Part shown: one piece after another, positions 60,446-64,000 of the stretch | Numbering within the stretch: position 1 is the first letter of the stretch | How the letters are laid out: each line of letters begins with the position of its first letter | From: an uncultured Planctomycetaceae bacterium | Lineage (GTDB): Bacteria; Planctomycetota; Planctomycetia; Planctomycetales; Planctomycetaceae | NCBI GenBank assembly: GCA_963976765.1 | Contig: CAXBME010000025.1 | Location: 62,001-126,000, forward strand | Direction: 5' to 3' | DNA length: 64,000 nt | Program-made: the position numbers and the translations under genes | The notes under the pieces: model-generated | Databases searched by the model: none | Told to the model about the DNA's origin: nothing | The model's input: the letters and a program-made list of their open reading frames with translations, nothing else

Positions 60446-61894
60446 TCAGAAGATTCCGATCGGCAACGGCACTCTCAACAGTCCGGAAAACAACTGGTAG
60501 ATCCCGACGGAAGCCACGGTCGCCACGACGGCGGACGTCAGCACTCGTGCTCCCAGCAGTTTCGAGGTGACAAGGAGAATGATCGCCGACGTGATGATGA
60601 ATCCAAGCATGTCCGCAGCGAGCATGTAAAAGATCACGGCAGCCACAACGCAACCCGACAAGAGCAAAGCCGGCGGACTCGCTGACTGAACCGTGTCGTC
60701 TGTCGACACCTCAGGTTCCAGCAACGCTGTCTGTGACGATGTTTCAGAAACAGACGTTGACGGTCGACGGCGGGAGCTCAGCAGAATCGTGACAAGTGAC
60801 AGACCAAACATTCCGCCAGCGATCGCCGGAAAGGCGTTCGGACCGACCGGTCCAGACCGCACGGACTGAAACTCTGGACGCGTCAGGATCGCACCGAACA
60901 ACTCGTCGTTGCGTTTTAGAAATTCAGCAAACTCGGTTGTCGGTCGCGCTGTATGGTCAAAACCCTGATTGTCCATGAACTCGATCCACGACTCACCATT
61001 CACGCGAGCTTCGCCGCTGACGATTCTCTTAAGCACGGTCACCAGCTTGTCCTGGATTTCCGGCGGCGTGTCTTTCGCAACGCCGAGACCTCGCCATCCG
61101 GTCAGCGTCCAGTCAGACCCCTGCTCTTTCAGCGTCGGGTAATCTTTGAAATCGTCCGAAGCCTGGCGCTTGTCGGCCATGACTCCGAGGCAACGGATGT
61201 CGCCGGAAACGAGCAGACTTTTTGCTTCCGGAAGGCTGCAACAAACCAGGTCCAGGTCTCCAGTCATCAGTTCCTGAAGCGACGGCGCAGAACCTTGCGA
61301 CGGCATCCAGATCACGTCGGTCGGTTTCTGGTCGAGCGAGATTAACCAGCCGGCCATCGCCAGGTGCCAGGCGGCCAGAGCGGCCGTGCCGGAAGCTTTC
61401 AATTCTCCGGGCCGGGCTTTAACAGCCGCTTCCAGATCTTTCACTGTCTGAAGTTCAGAATCCGACTTCACGAACAATGCAGCAGGATCCTCATTGAGCG
61501 ACATCAACGGCGTCGCGTCTTCCCACGTCAGGTCCGTCAGGTTTCGCCAGTGAAGCATGCTCAGTTCGAGTGTCATCATCGAAATCGTGTAGCCGTCCGG
61601 TTTCGCTCGGATGCCGCGAGCATGTCCGGTAACCCCCTGCCCTCCCGTCGCATTCACCACGTTGACTGGCGTACCAAGTTCGCTTTCCAGAAACACTGCC
61701 ATCTGTCGGGAAACTCGATCCGTCCCACCGCCGACCGCCCATGGACAGACCAGCGTGATCGGTCGCGACGGATACTCAGTCGATCTCTGACAGCCGACAA
61801 AAGTTCCGAGCATCGTCAGCAGCAGACCTGCCTGAACCAGCAAACGAAGCTTCCCAATCCTGCTCGGCGAATTCTGAACGCAGCAATCCATCAT
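60446..61894 (-). CDS. TctC substrate-binding protein fused to a TctB-like membrane domain
   Basis: Lipobox FVGC; YPSRPITLV.PW..GGGTD…R, KPDGYT, PTLKEQG, WRG (Bug/TctC); then GP..FP and TM helices ending F..LL.VPLP.G (TctB). Confidence 0.85.
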   Translation of the reverse strand: MMDCCVQNSPSRIGKLRLLVQAGLLLTMLGTFVGCQRSTEYPSRPITLVCPWAVGGGTDRVSRQMAVFLESELGTPVNVVNATGGQGVTGHARGIRAKPDGYTISMMTLELSMLHWRNLTDLTWEDATPLMSLNEDPAALFVKSDSELQTVKDLEAAVKARPGELKASGTAALAAWHLAMAGWLISLDQKPTDVIWMPSQGSAPSLQELMTGDLDLVCCSLPEAKSLLVSGDIRCLGVMADKRQASDDFKDYPTLKEQGSDWTLTGWRGLGVAKDTPPEIQDKLVTVLKRIVSGEARVNGESWIEFMDNQGFDHTARPTTEFAEFLKRNDELFGAILTRPEFQSVRSGPVGPNAFPAIAGGMFGLSLVTILLSSRRRPSTSVSETSSQTALLEPEVSTDDTVQSASPPALLLSGCVVAAVIFYMLAADMLGFIITSAIILLVTSKLLGARVLTSAVVATVASVGIYQLFSGLLRVPLPIGIF

Positions 61895-62111
61895 CGATTT
61901 CTCACAGAGGCATGACCACAGAACAGGTCTGACAAGCGGACAGAAGACTCGATCAGGAAAGGCTCGTCAACGAAGCGGCAGTCAAACAACATTCGAACAG
62001 CAGACAGATCACAGACCTGCGGGCTGCCGACGCTGGAAGGCCTGGCGATGCGTTGGTAGTCTTCCCGCTCGATTCCGTTTTGAACTCCAGCTTTCGGTCT
62101 ACCACTCCGCC

Positions 62112-63341
62112 ATGCAGTTTCCACCCGTCGAAGAACAGCTCGCGATTATCCGCCGCGGCGTCGAAAAAATCGTTCCTGAAGAAGAGCTGGCTGGCAAATT
62201 AAAGAAGAGTCTGGAAACGGGAACGCCGCTTCGCGTCAAGTACGGAATCGACCCGACCGGCATCGACGTCCACCTCGGCCACACCGTTCCGCTGCGAAAG
62301 ATTCGGCAGTTCCAGGAACTCGGCCATCAGGCAGTCATCATCATCGGAAACGCGACGGCACTCGTCGGCGACCCCAGCGGACGCGACGCTGCTCGCACAA
62401 AAAAGTTGACCGCAGAAGACGTCGAGAACAACGCTCGTGACTACTTGGAGCAGGTCGGCAAGGTGGTCGACCTCGACAAGGCCGAAGTGCATCGCAACGG
62501 TGACTGGTTCGGAAAAATGGGCCTGCCCGAGATCCTGAATCTCTGCGGCAAGGTCACCGTCGCCCAGCTTCTGACGCGCGACGATTTCGCCAAACGATAC
62601 AAAGACGAGAAGCCGATCTTTCTCCACGAATGTCTGTACCCGGTAATGCAGGCCTGGGACTCGGTCGAGATTAAATCGGACATCGAACTCGGCGGCACCG
62701 AGCAGCTTTACAGTTTCATGCTGGCTCGCGACCTGCAGAAAGACGCCGGCATCAACCAGCAGATCGGTATCATGTCGCCGATTCTGGTCGGACTCGACGG
62801 AGTCCGCCGCATGGGCAAGAGCCTGGGCAACTACATCGGCATCAGCGAAGAGCCGTACGAGATGATGAAAAAGTTCATGCAGCTCCCCGACGAGGTGATG
62901 CGTATGTACTTCGAACTTCTGACACAACTACCGATGGAAGAAATCGATTCGTTACTCGCCGGACATCCCAAAGAAGCAAAAGTAACACTCGCCCGATCGG
63001 TCATCGACGACTACCACGCCGCCGGTTCGGGAGCCACCGCAGCAGATCGGTGGCAGCAGGAAATCGGAGACAAGTCGGCGCTCCCGCAGGATATTCTAAC
63101 GATCAGCATTCTTAGATCAGCGTTGGGAAGTAACGAGAGTATCCAAGCGCTCACGCTTCTCACACTAACCCAATTCTGCCGGTCAAATAGCGATGCACGA
63201 AGGCTGATAAAACAAGGCGGAATGAAACTCGGCGAAGGCAAAGTTAAAGTTGAGTCCATCGATCAACCTGTGCTAATCGAGAACGGCCTTCTCGTTTGGG
63301 CCGGAAATAAAAAAGTCTGCCTTATCGAACTGCTCGATTGA
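62112..63341 (+). CDS. tyrS: Tyrosine--tRNA ligase
   Basis: GIDPT..DVHLGH (HIGH), GDPSGR, YPVMQAWDS, ELGGTEQ, RMGKSLGN (KMSKS), S4 domain S.SDARRLI.QGG. Confidence 0.97.
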   Translation: MQFPPVEEQLAIIRRGVEKIVPEEELAGKLKKSLETGTPLRVKYGIDPTGIDVHLGHTVPLRKIRQFQELGHQAVIIIGNATALVGDPSGRDAARTKKLTAEDVENNARDYLEQVGKVVDLDKAEVHRNGDWFGKMGLPEILNLCGKVTVAQLLTRDDFAKRYKDEKPIFLHECLYPVMQAWDSVEIKSDIELGGTEQLYSFMLARDLQKDAGINQQIGIMSPILVGLDGVRRMGKSLGNYIGISEEPYEMMKKFMQLPDEVMRMYFELLTQLPMEEIDSLLAGHPKEAKVTLARSVIDDYHAAGSGATAADRWQQEIGDKSALPQDILTISILRSALGSNESIQALTLLTLTQFCRSNSDARRLIKQGGMKLGEGKVKVESIDQPVLIENGLLVWAGNKKVCLIELLD

Positions 63342-63359
63342 GGATTCGATACATCGAGC

Positions 63360-63855
63360 CCACGGATATCTCAGATTGGTATGGATACTGAAGGATGCCA
63401 TTGGGAGCATTCGATAATTGTTCTGGAGAATTTGAATCATGGCCAGCCTGCTGCACGAAGAGGTCACTGAAGACATAATCGGTGCAGCGATGGCAGTCTT
63501 GAATGAGTTGAAGCCGGGCCTGAACGAAAAGATTTACGAAAGAGCACTGATCATCGAGTTGAAGAGTCGTGGTCGACAAGTCGAATGTCAAAAGCAGTAT
63601 GAAATCTTCTATCGTGGAGAAAAAGTTGGTTTGCTCCAGCCAGACTTGATTGTGGACAACGCCGTTATCGTTGAAACAAAAGTCGTAGAGACCTTTCACG
63701 ATTCTCACATTGCCCAGGTTCTTGGTTATCTCGCAATTACAAATCTTGGTGTTGGACTACTGATTAATTTCAGCCAACCAAGACTCAAATGGAAAAGAAT
63801 CGTCAAGTAACACCGAGCATCCTTTTCCATCCGTACCAATCCGCGTTATCCGTGG
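63360..63855. mobile_element. Putative inverted-repeat-bounded GxxExxY cassette
   Basis: 63360-63398 versus reverse complement of 63817-63855: 31/39 identical, enclosing a single nuclease gene. No target-site duplication seen. Confidence 0.55.
63439..63810 (+). CDS. GxxExxY protein (PD-(D/E)XK nuclease-like)
   Basis: 123 aa; GLNEKIY matches GxxExxY; PDLIVD…IVETK; H.AQ…YL…GLLINF. Confidence 0.93.
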   Translation: MASLLHEEVTEDIIGAAMAVLNELKPGLNEKIYERALIIELKSRGRQVECQKQYEIFYRGEKVGLLQPDLIVDNAVIVETKVVETFHDSHIAQVLGYLAITNLGVGLLINFSQPRLKWKRIVK

Positions 63856-63880
63856 TCATTCTTTACACACAGGACACCTT

Positions 63881-64000
63881 ATGAAAACAGGATTCGCCAT
63901 CGTCGGCTGCGGCATGATCTCGCGATTTCACGCGAAGGCCATTGAAGAAATTCGTGGCGCAAAGATCGTTGCCTGCTACGACGCATTCACCGCATCGGCC
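63881..64000 (+). CDS. Gfo/Idh/MocA family oxidoreductase, 3' end outside window
   Basis: AGGA then MKTGFAIVGCGMISRFHAKAIEEIRGAKIVACYD, a Rossmann GxGxI..H start. Confidence 0.85.
   Translation, partial: MKTGFAIVGCGMISRFHAKAIEEIRGAKIVACYDAFTASA

Overview
A GC-rich chromosomal segment, most likely from a planctomycete (inferred from a PVC-type heme-CxxCH protein, DUF1501, a LEDRxLL export-motif protein and a HEAT-extended FlgI-like gene). It carries about 44 protein genes and one tRNA-Arg(CCG). Housekeeping content includes a cyclophilin, RNase D, nuoHJKLMN, TatD, HemQ/ChdC, smc and tyrS, plus many secreted hydrolases and transporters. I found no CRISPR array, rRNA, integrase or transposase. 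The most striking non-coding signal is near the 3' end: an AT-rich GxxExxY PD-(D/E)XK nuclease gene enclosed by a 39-bp imperfect inverted repeat built from ~9-nt subunits. Two cargo-free hairpins of similar architecture sit at ~8.4 kb and ~60.4 kb, and the adjacent 3' end of tyrS shifts abruptly to lower GC. Together these suggest a nuclease-plus-palindrome element system analogous to RAYT/REP. Two further REP-like families are present. Other notable features are an Rrf2/protoglobin divergon with a visible doubled operator, an HNH gene with a structured leader, and an RTX-repeat protein next to an inverse autotransporter. All family assignments come from motif recognition by eye; no searches were run, and GC values are hand counts.
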